Shown: positions 26,548 to 39,045 of the stretch, piece by piece
Numbering within the stretch: position 1 is the first letter of the stretch
Layout: the number at the start of each line of letters is the position of its first letter
Source of the DNA: Laetmonice hystrix
Lineage: Eukaryota
Direction: 5' to 3'
Assembly (NCBI GenBank): GCA_965235115.1
Contig: OZ249436.1
Span: forward strand, 18,478,001 to 18,542,000
Length of the DNA stretch: 64,000 nt
The notes under the pieces: model-generated
Database searches by the model: none
Told to the model about the DNA's origin: nothing
What the model saw: only the letters and a program-made list of their open reading frames with translations
Position numbers and translations under genes: made by a program

Positions 26548-27125
26548 AGGTGCATATTATCAGGAAACATGAAAAATCGGTATTTCAAAGAACTTTTGCT
26601 GTTTTCATGAATAGATCCTTCATAAAAATTGCTTGGTAAACACAGACAGACTTATCAGTTCCATTTTGCGTGAGAAATCGAAGTTTATGGAACCCCCTTG
26701 CTGGCCATCTGGAAAAACGGCTCCTCCCACCATTTGCACATGGATTTAGATGACACGCGTGACACGCAGAACCCTCGCGCATGCTCAGACGGTTTGTTTT
26801 GAAGTGCTTAACGGCTGACGATCGTGACATGGAGATGTGGTGGAAGGAGTCGGGAAACAATGGCGGCTTGGGAACAAATCGAGTGTGTCCCGCGTGTCAC
26901 CCCCCCTTCCCCCCCCCCCCGCATCCACAGGCCGGCACAGCCTTGGCCAGACGCTAGCGCGCTATGCTCTCTCGACACTCGCCAATGACCCCCTTGCCTT
27001 GGTTTCCGACTTGCTATCTTTTTCAACTTCTGTATCTTTCTTTCCTTGCCCGGTTCTCTGCCGATTCCGTACAATATTTTTGGGTGGCATTCTGATGGCC
27101 GATTATGAAGCCAAACATGAGCTTA
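26548..27125. mobile_element. Kolobok-like non-autonomous fragment; inverted relative at ~7060-7375
   Basis: ttaa|aggtgcatattatcaggaaacatgaaaaatcggtattt versus the reverse of 7375, ttaa|aggggcatattatgaggaaacgtgaaaaatcggtattt. Confidence 0.65.
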
Positions 27126-28773
27126 AAAAATGGCCTCAATGTTCAAAATACGCCTGTACATTTGTGCCAAATTTCATTTAGATATTTTGAAAAATGACTG
27201 AGATAGACATGTATGTTTACTGCTACTACTACTACGCAAAAAAAAATACAGAAGACGAAACCACACAATTTCAAAATAACATCCCCTCTGTATGGGACGG
27301 GATAATAATACAGAAGACGAAACCACAAAATTTCAAAATCCCATCCCCCTCCGTAGGAGATGGGTTAATTATACTCTGACGATAGGCTGTCGTCTTGAAG
27401 TTACAAGACAACTCTTGGCCAACTGCCCTTGGTTTAATGAGCCACCAGGTTGGTGTGGATAGATTTTTTACACCCATTGTCTTTATTATGCCACTGGGAT
27501 GGCAAGAAGCTACTTGATGTCTGTGGTTATTGTTTAAAATGCCTAGAAAGGGTAGTATAATGCATGAAGACTATAGTAATTTATAACTTACTTAATTTCA
27601 TTTAAATGAAGATAAAATAGAAAATATCAACATCTTCCACTCATTTATGATTATGTTATCTGACTTTGAAAGGTGCTCCAGATAGCCATGTGCAAATGCC
27701 ACTATTATAAAGTGCATAAAGTCAGGTATATCGATGATTGCTTAGTTCGTTTCCCTCAAAGGTAATATAGCCAGAATCAACAGTTTTCATGGGTATAGTC
27801 TTCACAATAATATTATCTCACTCTGGTTGGCGTCTCTCAATCCACAGACCGCCTACTGTGACCCAGCCACCTGTCTGGCCAGGGTCAGAGTTATGTAAGG
27901 GTGGTGATTTAGGGCTGCCGGTCTTGACTACTCCCCCCTTCCTCCCAGTCAGGGATGGGTTGGAGGACTATGTGTATTCAGAACTGACATAACTGAATTA
28001 GCTGTGCCTTTGAACTGTAGGTGTAACTGTATAATACCTGTTTTTGGATCTTACATAGGAAAAGACCTGAATAAAACAATACCTTGATTGTTGGCTGTGG
28101 AGTTCAAGTGAGATGACAAACTTTTGGTCAGCTGCACTTGGTTTCAGCCTGAGCCAACAGCCTGGTGTGGATGACATTCGCACCCATTTTCCTTGCGTGA
28201 AACTGCCCTGGCAGGGTGCTTTATATAACGGGCATCTATCTAATCCATTAGGACAAAGGGATACTTATTAACTTCCGTATGAATGGAAATGACATTATAG
28301 TTAAGACAAGTGTCAGGTATACCTGTGGAACAGTTGGTTGAATCATTGAAGGACAGTCTAATTAAATGAGAGAAAAATGTAGGTAATGATAGAAAACCAT
28401 TGGGGAAATGGGATCCTACCTGTATTGCTTGGCAATTAGAGTTTCTGGTTATTTTTTGTTACCTTGTTTTTTTTAAATTTCCTGATTTTAGGAAATTTTG
28501 TCAGACCTTTCAATCCTATACCAATGTAAAGTGCTTTAATAATGGAACTCTACCTAAAGCATGCTGCCCAGAACAAAATGACTACCAGACTGGATATATG
28601 CTAATGAGGGCATGACCTAATAATAATAAAACTACGTAGACTATCTTCCCATTGCCTGGCAAATGTCATTTGTTGTTTAAATCACACTCAAATGTTATCT
28701 GGTAGTGACAAATTGATTAAATATGCTGAAAATATGATTAACAGCAGCCATATTGGATTTATACAAATTAAAA

Positions 28774-29054
28774 ATACTGCATTTGACCTAATAAGCATAC
28801 ATGCCCTAATAAGCGTACACCCTCATTTTTTTCAACCAGTCTCTGGGAATCCTGATAGTAACGTCCGTTCCATTAACGCTAATACTAGGCAGCAACACGT
28901 ATTTACGATCCATAGATCTACACTCACCTATAACAGAACATCCTGCAGTGCTCTGGTATCCTTTTTACTGCAGGTAAAAGTGTAAGTGGGGGGGGGGGGC
29001 ACAGAAAAAAATTTTCTTAAGCATACTGTATGCTTATTAGGTCGAATGTGGTAC
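28774..29054. mobile_element. Degenerate Tc1/mariner-type MITE
   Basis: tactgcatttgacctaataagcataca ... tgtatgcttattaggtcgaatgtggta. Confidence 0.7.
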
Positions 29055-29178
29055 TTCCACAACATATATTTTTCTAGTCTTTTAGTATGTTGTTCTAGGG
29101 ACTCTGAAATGTATATTGGTAAAAAAAATTCTGTTGCAATTTGATGTTAAACCACATTCTTCCTGAACTATGTCCTAC

Positions 29179-29249
29179 CTGAGTTCATCCGTGTCAGGTA
29201 TCTGCGTGTAGGGCAGGATGGCAATACATTTCCTTTTGTCGTACACTGG
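29179..29249 (-). CDS. RASA1: RASA1 exon, start of SH3 (PVYDKRKCIAILPYTQIPDTDELS)
   Basis: Acceptor ttttcag, donor gtagga, 71 nt, phase 0 to 2. Resembles human PVEDRRRVRAILPYTKVPDTDEIS. Confidence 0.96.
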
Positions 29250-30359
29250 CTGAAAACCACAACACCACACAGATTCAGTAATCATTCAACAGAAATGTTT
29301 GCCATCCTAGAGTCTAAAACTGGCAGAAGAAATCATTGCATTAGGTGACCGGGTGTGAATGCTTCTTTTAGACTTTGCCCAACCAACCTCGATAATCAAT
29401 ATTACAAAAGCTTCACTTGCATACAGGTAAAGGCGATTTGACCTATTTTCGCTAAACCACGTGACCTTGAAGTTTTGAACATTAGTCAATTTAGATATCT
29501 ATGACTATAACTGGTAAATGGTACCAGATCGGGGCATAGTTACCATTGAACACGAATAGGAAGTCATATATGCACCTTGAATTGACACCATTATCTTTTA
29601 GGTCACGTCATGATAACGATGTCATCACAATTTTTGCACCACTATAACTTGGGTTATATAACTTGGGTTATATAAATGGGTGAAGTTAGGGCCATAGTTA
29701 CTATTAAACACTAATAAGAAGTCATATAAGCTCTTTTGTTTGACACCATTATTTTTTAGATCACATGACCTATTATAGGAATAGTGAACGTTTAGGATGC
29801 TTTGGCGGTGAGATAGGGCACGACGGCCGAGGAGGCCCAGGCTGGCGCAGCCAGCCGGGGGCCTCCAAGGCCGAGTGCCCTATCTCACCGCCAACGCGTC
29901 CTAAACGTTCACTATTCCTGTTATGAAATGGCCCCACATTAACAAACAAGAATTTAGACTAGTAACAATAATTGTTACCGTTTAAGCCTACCATACTCGT
30001 CACCTACTTCCGAAACGTGAGGCATGAATGACCTAATTCCTCACTGCAAGACCCTTCCCTTTTAGTTAATGCCAAAACGTCACAATTGTCACAATCAAAC
30101 ATCACAATTGTGACGTCACTGATGACGCTGTTTTCGCTTTGTTTAGTCATGGAGCGACACAATGGCATTATCCATTGTCACGTCTACGTTCGATTCCGTG
30201 ATCTATCGGTAGGATAGATCACGTTACTATGGTGAAATGTAATTACGTATACACGGCCCGGGCCGCTACGTTTCCGTATGCTGGCCGGAACATGTGTTTT
30301 CGTTTGTGACGTTGCGGGACCAGGTAGTGCACGCCAGCCATTTTATAACACATCATAGC

Positions 30360-30744
30360 AGACCTGCCAACATTACCAAATTTTTTTGCGTAGCAACATT
30401 CAGCCCCATGCCCCAAAGTGGCACAGCCAGGGCACGTGCCGCGTGCCAGGATGCAGGGTTAGGTACGGGAGTGGGATATCCCCCTTCTGCTGGGGGATAT
30501 TTGGGAGCCACCCCCCAAAAAACGAAATTAAAGGTTCTTTCTGATGCATTCTGAGCACAATTTGAGCAGAAAGTGATGCCTAACATAGGCCCTTCTTTTT
30601 CAATTGGGGGTGAAAAGGTGATTTTTACGGTAAATAGCCATTTCTAGAGGTTTTTGCGTGGGATATGAAGGACTGAGCGTAGCAGCGTAGTTGGAGTGTC
30701 AAATGCGTACCAAATATGCCAAATGCGTAGCAGTTGGCAGGTCT
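30360..30744. mobile_element. MITE (agacctgccaac...gttggcaggtct); a second copy at 39706-42138 is split by a ~2 kb insertion
   Basis: Inverted termini and internal sequence shared between the two copies. Confidence 0.7.
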
Positions 30745-31134
30745 TTATAAGGATGTAATCAATATTTTCTCAGGGCTATAACTTCAATAGTTGAAGTTAG
30801 GGCCACAGTTACTATTCAATCAATAGGAAGTTATATTTGCTCTTTCGTTTGGCACCATTATTTTTAGGTCACGTGACCTCTGACATCATGAGGATGTCAT
30901 ACATATTTTCTAAGGGCTATATAGCCCGTTATATAACTTGTAAATGGCTGAAGTTAGAGCAATAGTTACTATTAAACACTTATAGAAAGTCATACGCTCT
31001 TTGCTTTGACACATTATTTTTTAGGTCACATGACGTCATGAGGATGTCATACATATTTTCTAAGGGTATAACTTGTTGTAAATGGCTGAAGTCAGAGCCA
31101 TAGTTACTATTTAACACTAAAAGGAAGTAATATA

Positions 31135-31347
31135 CCGTATATGTCCCTTTAGCCACGCACTACCTATTTGGCGCGCACCCCCGCATTTTTTCAAACAAGC
31201 TGTGTCCTTCCGGGCATGGCGATGACTGGCGTACTATCTGATAGTGACGTCATACTGTAGTAGGTCTGACGTACCATAAATTTTGTATCAATTTCCGCAC
31301 ACTGCTTTTCTGCACACGCACATGCGCGGCTAAAGGGACATATACGG
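31135..31347. mobile_element. Tc1/mariner-type MITE (TA duplication)
   Basis: ta|CCGTATATGTCCCTTTAGCC...GGCTAAAGGGACATATACGG|ta, inserted in a host repeat. Confidence 0.88.
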
Positions 31348-32089
31348 TATATGCTCTTTTCTTTGAAACATTATTTTCTAGGTCACATGACCTATGATGT
31401 TATGAGGATTTAATACATATTTAAAAGGGCTATAACTTGTAAATGGCTTAAAGGGTTTATGTTAATTATTTCATATACATTTTACAAATTGGCAAAAATA
31501 CTGCTTGTATATAGTCTAGTAATTATGTTCAATAGCACTGCCTTCTTTCCTGATTGGATTTCGTGAATAATTTTTTTAAATATATAAAAACAGCAAACTC
31601 GGAATGATGTGCATTTTTACCTATGCGATAGAGTTTAAGCCAGGTGACTTTACACCCTTTTCACAGAACGCGAGACTCACAATCACGTGGTCATTTTACC
31701 AGTTGCAACACTCTGTCAGACATTCCCGATTCTGAGACCCCGGGATTTGCTGTGTTTTGCACCCTTTTCACTCGATCGGCGGATGGGCCATTATAGCGCG
31801 TGTTTACATCTCGAGTAATCACAGCGAGAGTCATGTGATCATGGGACCAGTTAAAACGATTCGCGGCAGCATAAGGGGGCCAAAATGGCTGATTAATCAA
31901 ACTTTGCAGACAATGCAGCTAATTCTATTCATTTTTCTACATTAGGGAGAATTTCACAGCTGTCTACTCGTAGTACCGGTATGTGTTAACAGAATCAATA
32001 TGAAAAACATTCAGTGCCATAAAGTACATAAGTGGTAAGCAGGTAAGCAGAAAACTGAAGATTTTGGTCGATACCCCCTTGACATATTT

Positions 32090-32260
32090 CCTTTAAAGAT
32101 AGAGCCATAGTCATTAGGAAACACTAACAGGAAGTCATGTATGCCCTTTCGTTTACCCTACTCAGAACATGTCATACATGACTCCCAGGGGATGGGATAC
32201 ATTGTGGTATCACCACAACGTGTCTAGTTATTATCCCATCCCCTATCCTAGGGGATAGGA
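32090..32260 (+). mobile_element. HINE/DINE-like 3' end joined to a new 5' end
   Basis: GGGGATGGGATA (32188), hairpin ttgtggt-atc-accacaa, ctagtt, then attatcccatcccc. Confidence 0.75.
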
Positions 32261-33129
32261 TTTCAAAGGAATCCGCTTTGCTACAATTGATTTGACCCTA
32301 TTTTCGAGTCATTTGACCTGAAAGTTTTGAACAGTGGTCAACATTGATATATGGCTAAAACTTGCTTGTCATAAAGGGCCATGTTTACTATTGTACACAA
32401 ATAGGAAGTGATATGCTCTTTCATTTGGCACCATCATTTTTAAGGATTTGGCCCATTTTCGCTGAACCATGTGACCTGCAAGTTTTGAAGTTAGGTCATT
32501 TGGAAGATTCCTGGCCGTAAATCTTGAAAGATTTAAGACAGAGCCATAATTGTTCATGAATTTTATGAAGGGTTATGCCCTCTTTCATTTAGTACCATAT
32601 TTTTTTTCTCAAGTGTCTTGTGACGTCATCTATAACGTCACTTTTACGGCGTAGTTGTAATTGCAAACATGTACATGTCTATCTCAGTCATTTTTCAAGA
32701 TATCTCAATGAAATTTGGCACCCAACTTTATAATGACAAAATCTAATCAGAGAGTGAATCATGATGTCATGTGACGTCACGTCATGACGTCATGACATCA
32801 AACGTATTTTCAACCTTGAGGTTATTGTGAAAGCTCATGTTGGCATTTTAAAAAAAAACCATTATGGCTTCATAATTGGCGAAGGGTGCTGCCTACCTCT
32901 GAGCCTTGATTTGACCTTTGACCTGAGAGAGAACTCAACTGGGTCCTAGGTCACAAATCAATGAACTCCCTACTCCTTCCTCATTCTTTGGTCAAATATG
33001 TCAATATTAGGAAGAAACACTCTCAAAAGACAGTTCCACAAGACGAGTGCTCGAATAAGCGATTTGACCTATTTTTTGCTGAACCACGTGACCTGCAAAT
33101 TTTGAAGTTGGGTCATTTGGAAGAGTCCT

Positions 33130-33400
33130 GGGCCCGTCTTACTAAACATCGTTAACCCCGATCTGGTTAACTCACAGCTGGTTAATAACCAGAAATCCTT
33201 ATTAACTAGAGCTGGTTAAAACCCGTCTTACTAAGGTCTAGTTAGTAGCATAACGTATAGGGAACGGTCTAGTTAACTTAACGGCTGGGGAGGGGGTGCC
33301 GCTAACGTTGTGTAACGTTGTCTGGTTGTCGCCTTGCGACGGCCTACTTTACCAGCAGTTAACTATATGGTTAATAACCATGTTTAGTAAGACGGGCCCC
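33130..33400. mobile_element. PIF/Harbinger-like MITE
   Basis: gggcccgtcttactaaacat / atgtttagtaagacgggccc, inserted at a cctgg site of a host repeat. Confidence 0.8.
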
Positions 33401-35297
33401 TGGTTGTAACTCTTGAAAGATTTAAGACAGAGCCTTAATTGTTCATGAACTTTATAAAGGTGTATGTCCTCTTTAATTAGGTACTATAATATTTGTATCA
33501 CGTGAATTGTGATGTCATCTATGACGTCACCTTTCTGATTTATGTAACCGAACTTCTACGGCCTGTATCTTGAAACGTATTACACATAGCTATATGCAAG
33601 TACATCTGTTATAAAGTTCATAGAGTCAGGTATACCATTGATTGTTTAATTATTTTTCTCGAAAGGCAACATAGCCACAATCATAAGTTTTCATGGGTAT
33701 AGTCTTCACAATATAATGTTTGTCACTGGGATGGTTGCGGTCTCTGTATACACTATGCGAATGGGTGCAGTAATCTTAGGGCCTGGGTTCGATTCCTGTA
33801 GAGGACTATACAACTTTTCTCTTTAGGGACATTGTCAAAGTAATTGGGTTACCCCTGATGCCCGTGCATTTCAAAAGAAAAATACAGACCACCCACTGTG
33901 AGGTGACCCCGGCCATGTCCAGAACATTCCCAAGATTAGGAAATACGCAACGTTCTGAACGTGTTGCTAAACGTGATAAATATACGCTTTCCCTTGAACT
34001 TCTGGTTACATTCATAGTGTCCTAATGTTGCAGTTTCTCCGTAGGGTTTGGCACCTTAAACATCGGGTTTTCTCTAGAAGTACTAGGAATAGCACATAAT
34101 ATTTATTATATCTAGTGGTCCACAACATTATACATATTGTAAAACATGCAAAAACTAAATATTGAAAACTTTTTTACCCAAGGTACAATGCGGTGCATGA
34201 AACAGATGTCAAATTGGACACCTGGCAGCTGCATGATATTAGACTTAATTCCGGTGTGAGATGCAAAATGGACCCCCCATAATATATGGACCCCCGGTCC
34301 ATATTTCACAGTGAAATATGGACTCCCCCCATACGATATGGACCCCCTCCGTTTTGCCTCTATATTATATACAATGACTTGCCAAACTAGCAATATTATA
34401 CAAAACAATCATTTCTGTCAGTTTCCATAAAAAAGTTGTTTATTAGTAGGCCTAGGATTTAGGCCTACATCATGCCCTAAGCCTGGAGTCCCACCACTCA
34501 TCCAACATTGTTTATGGCAGCTGGGTCCTGAATTAATGACAATGTGTTAAAGGAGCTATATTATATTACTAGCTTTGAGTAGCATATGAAGTTATCCCTC
34601 TATTTTTCCGGGATGTGGGTCGAATGTAAATAGCAGAATGTGGACCCACCCCCTCCCCACCCCCACCCCCACCCCCACCAACAGCTAATCTGCACAGTTT
34701 ATTTCCAAGGCCAGCGACTAAAGGAAGTTGCCCCGATGGACTATACTTCAAAGCTTGAAATCTTGATGAGCGAAACCTTGACACCTTGACAAACTGATAT
34801 GTCTGTGAGGCTCCAAATATATTTTGACAATGTGAATGAGCATAATCAAGTACCTAGTAATAGTAAGTAATAAGTGACAAGGAGACACGAATGCTTCCGT
34901 CCACCATATATATTTGCTTTTGGCTATCTTAAAAACGTTTCCTCCTAATGTATTTTCGTTAAAAAAACATTCGTAGTCACTCCTGTTGAGTACACCATTA
35001 CATTGTATTGCGAAAACACGTGGGACACGTGAGTGTTATGGAACCTAATTTGGATTAACAGTGATGTTAACGGAGCCATACGACCATTGTATGTACAGTG
35101 TATAGGTACAGTGCACGGTAGCTCCTGACCAAACATGAGGCACGTGCCGCAATCAACCCCTTGATGATGATCATTTTGCTCTTGACCCCAATAATAAGTG
35201 AGGCTTTTGGCAAATCGAGGTTGAATTGTTGGCAAGAAAAGCAAATTTCTGACTAGAAGGACTTCACTCTTTGGTGGAGGCCACTTCACTTGTTTAA

Positions 35298-35686
35298 CCC
35301 ATTAAGGACGGGTGATGCCTTGAGGCATTCCCGGGCGGGGGCCGAAAGATGCCCTGAGGCATTCCTGGGCGGCGGCCGGATGATGCCTTGAGGCATCATT
35401 TGACTTACGTCAGAGCCCATTGTGTATAGAGCGACAGGGCAGCACTGTGACGTAACGTCACAATTGAGTGCTAGCTGAGCTGGACCTAGACCAACTCTAG
35501 ACTCAATTCCTTACTTTTGTCTAAAACATTGATCATTTTTCTGGGGATGACAGTGATTGGAAGCATGGAAGGCAATCCGTTATCACATGTGGCCGCCCAG
35601 AATGGCCCGTCCTTACGGCACATTCACACAATTGTTACGTCGTCACTAGTGCACGTCTCGGCCACAAGGGGCCCGTCTCGAAAGGG
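35298..35686. mobile_element. piggyBac-like MITE (TTAA target duplication)
   Basis: ttaa|cccattaaggacggg ... cccgtctcgaaaggg|ttaa, with the same gatgccttgaggcat motif. A partial inverted copy lies at 60590-60750. Confidence 0.8.
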
Positions 35687-36119
35687 TTAAGAACACAATG
35701 CCAGTTATATCACTGTTTTAGACCCTTTTATAATTGCCTGCTAATTGACACTAAGTTTATAATCAAGTAAGTGACAGGTAGACACGATTGCATCCGCCAT
35801 AAAAATCGTTGATTGTCCTCTCAACCCCAATAATAAGTGACCCCCCCCCCCCCCCCGAAGAATGAGAGGGTTCCATATTCATACCAGCTCACTGTGAGAT
35901 TGAGGGGGGGTCTATATTTCATAGTGTAATATGGACACGCCCCCCCCCCCCCCCACCCCGAAAAATGAGAGGGTTCAATATTCATACCAGCTCACTGAGA
36001 GATTGAAAACGTGCGGCTTTCTGGTGGAAAAGGTGATGTCCATCATTTTTGCCAGCTCAGGGAAATTTGGTTTCAGTATCACGTTGAAAACACGTGGCTT
36101 CCTGGTGGAAAAGGTGTTC

Positions 36120-37114
36120 CCTGCAGGGACACCTCAAGATTTCCACGTGGATATCTGGTGGAAATCTGGTGAACTAGGGGATCCACCAGGTCTACCTGTG
36201 TTATCTCCGTGGATATGTACACGTGGAAATGATTAGTGTATTTCTCGTGGAACACACGTGGATATCTACAGGTGGAAATGACTGATGTATTTTTTCGTGG
36301 AATACACATGGATATCTGGGTCCCATGGAAAGACAAAGTTATATTAAAATATTTAAATGATAACATTTCTCCAAAGAAGAACTGGCAAGCTCTGTACGAC
36401 GACTGACTTTGAGAAAGAACCCTTGTGAGAAGCAGAAAGTTTAACAGTACCAGTTGGCAACTGGATCATTCGTAGCCAACTCTGTATACAGCTCTGTATC
36501 CACACAGAGCTGACGCTAGGGTGGCCCAAAAATGTAGTGAATTTGTTATATATTGCAATCTCAAAATTGATAGCAACACGAGGAAAAACAGGATTCCAAA
36601 TGTACAAGATACAAGCTACAAGCGTGGCCGAATGGGCAGAAACGTGGACCTGTGATCAGGAGATCCATGGTTTGAGTCCCATCAGTGCCCGGCAGCTGCA
36701 CAAAAAAGGCATACGTGTCTCGGAGTCAGCGACCACTCAACTATGGCGGCCATATCATGGCTAAAAATAGCCAGATATCAGACCCACGGTGTGTATGATG
36801 TGGAAACCTGGAGAAATGGAAAACTGGGTGACATGGAAAATGACATTTGTAATGCACATGGACATATCCACATGCACTGCTCTTTCAAATTACATAGTTT
36901 CCCAACCTATATGCACGTGTATTCCACGGGAAATCCACAAGTTTTGCCTGCTGGGTGGTTGGAAACTGGTGGTGAATTCAAGTGGTTTTGCCACGTGTAT
37001 TCAACGTGAAGAAATCACGTATTTAGTTTACACATACCACCAGTTTGCCACGTCATTTCCACGTGGCAAATCCACGTGCATTACACGTGATTTCCACGTG
37101 TTGTGCCTGCTGGG
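36120..37114. mobile_element. CCC...GGG-ended non-autonomous element with many ccacgtgg subrepeats (EnSpm/CMC-like)
   Basis: ccctgcagggacac ... gtgcctgctggg, with repeated CACGTG motifs. Confidence 0.5.
36614..36780 (+). mobile_element. Degenerate tRNA-derived SINE
   Basis: A-box TGGCCGAATGG and B-box GGTTTGAGTCCC at tRNA spacing, followed by a non-tRNA body. Confidence 0.55.
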
Positions 37115-38039
37115 TAGTTACATTACATTATACTTTCATCTACCCATATTTAAACTAAGTTACTGCATGGGGAAGCGCTAGCAAATATACTTTGGATACT
37201 ATTTTTAAGCTACAAAAGAGAGCAATAAGATTATTATCAAATGCCGCCAAAATGACCATTATTCCAAATAAACAATCTGTTAACCCTAGACCAGGTATAT
37301 GCATATAATGTAGGATTATTTATGCACTTGTATGTTGCAGGTAATCAACCTAGCCCTTTCACTGACATGTTCGTAATAAATAACACTTTTCACAATCATT
37401 GAGACAAGACAGTCAACACATTTCCACACACCCATACGTAAAACTACCTTTTCATACAAAACCATTAGATATTAACAGTCCTTGCTATGAATAGGCCTGA
37501 TACGAGGAGTGGTCGGAGTAGTGACAAAAAAGTGCCTCCAGGCATCGTCCGCCCTGGGGCGGTAATGCCTCAAGGCATCGTCTGCCCTGGCGCGGTAATG
37601 CCTCAAGGCATCGTTCGCCCTGAAAGGGTTAAAGGGTCATATCTTCAAAACTATTGGATATTTTGCCCTAAAAATTTGCAGGGCTTCATAGTACATGTTG
37701 TAGTACATGTATGCAAAAAATTCTGAGGGGGTCACCCGGGGACCTCTTGTTGAATTGACCTAGAATGACCCTAATCCTAACCTTAACCGTAATCCATTTG
37801 TATTTTTTTTAAATTATACTGTCTTATTACCATGAAGTTGATGACCTAGGACCTGCACAACCAGAGAATCCAGGTCCAGCAGACCTCCATTCAAGTGGAC
37901 ATACATTCCTTTCACAACTTCCAACAGCGAGAAGACATCATCGGACCAGTGTAACAGACTTCAAAGTCGCCATATTTGCTCAGAACTGAGAATACATCAG
38001 CCCCTCATACTGAGGTATTGCCCCTCATATACTTCTTCT

Positions 38040-38276
38040 TTACAACAAATTTGCAAGAAATTAGGATGTTTACATGTTTACATCCAAGATGGCTGCAAAG
38101 CGGTGATTTTGAAAGCGATCATGCATCATCCTCAGACCGTCCCTGATCATCGTGTAAAGTTTCAAACAGTTTGACCCATCCAGTTCTAAGAAATCCTCTA
38201 CAGACGAACGTACGGACAGATGGATGGACAATGGTCCAATTAGAAGCCCCCAATCCTCCTGGTCGGGGGCTAAAAA
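38040..38276 (-). mobile_element. Second HINE/DINE-like family (TTTTAGCCCC stem-loop plus (CCGT/CCAT)n); relative at ~410-523
   Basis: Shared end gacggacggatgg...ttagaagccccc...gggggctaaaa. Confidence 0.6.
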
Positions 38277-38412
38277 CATAACTTAGTGCTATTTGGGCAA
38301 GAAGCAATTCACTGAAAGGAGTCAACATCAACCTAATACGTCAATGAGTGAATCACATGGTAGAAACAGCCTTTTATTAATCATACAACTACTGGGTAGA
38401 TGTAGTGCTCAC

Positions 38413-38548
38413 CACGGGCGGGGGTACAGGGTGTTGTAGGCGCTCCCCTTTGAGCAGATCCGACCAACTTGTGTAGTAGCCAATCAGGACTGACAGTGTG
38501 TCAAACTCTCGTCCGCCTATGTAGTAGTCGCCACACATGGCTGTGATT
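38413..38548 (-). CDS. RASA1: RASA1/p120 RasGAP exon, C-terminal half of N-SH2 (ITAMCGDYYIGGREFDTLSVLIGYYTSWSDLLKGERLQHPVPPPV)
   Basis: Closely resembles human RIIAMCGDYYIGGRRF...LIGYY...LLKGEKL.PV.PP. Acceptor tttcag, donor gtgagc, 136 nt, ends in phase 0. Confidence 0.97.
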
Positions 38549-38919
38549 CTGAAAGCAGACATCACCCACAAGGTTTATAATATGCAGAATTGTCTAACAT
38601 CTATTGGAATTAACAATTTCAGAATGCAGTTTCTGGGATGTTACTGAGCGCTGTCACTTGGGTTATTACTTTTAGCAGTAGTAGTCTCTACTAATCTGTT
38701 ACCAGGATTCAAGCCAGGACGCAGATGTCAACAAACTACAGTGCCACGTGTGTCAGAAATTATAAATCTCATCAGACATTCAGAAGCGAATGCCTAAAGG
38801 TCAAATGAATACATGTCACAAATCAATCAACTGATTGATTTACCAATGTCTTCATTTGCACCGGCGGCCATTTCTGCATGTCAGGCTACTACAGCGACAC
38901 TATTATGGCCTACAGTACA

Positions 38920-39045
38920 GGCAAATTATAGAAATAGTTCAGCATCAGGTGGTGTGAGTTTCTACACCTTCCCCAGTGATACCACTCTTAGAAGAGTGGA
39001 TCAATCGGATAAACTGTGCAAACTAGGCTCCAACAAAGCACACTT
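38920..39045 (+). pseudogene. Degenerate THAP zinc-finger fragment (DNA-transposon derived)
   Basis: GVSFYTFPSDTTLRR, a frameshift, then WINRINCAN*APTKH. Fits the THAP pattern F..FP.D..LR..W...I.R.NW.P. Confidence 0.6.

Noticed and set aside
36614..36700. tRNA gene
   Set aside because: It has A/B boxes but no convincing cloverleaf, so it is treated as a SINE head. The same applies to the B-box near 33785.
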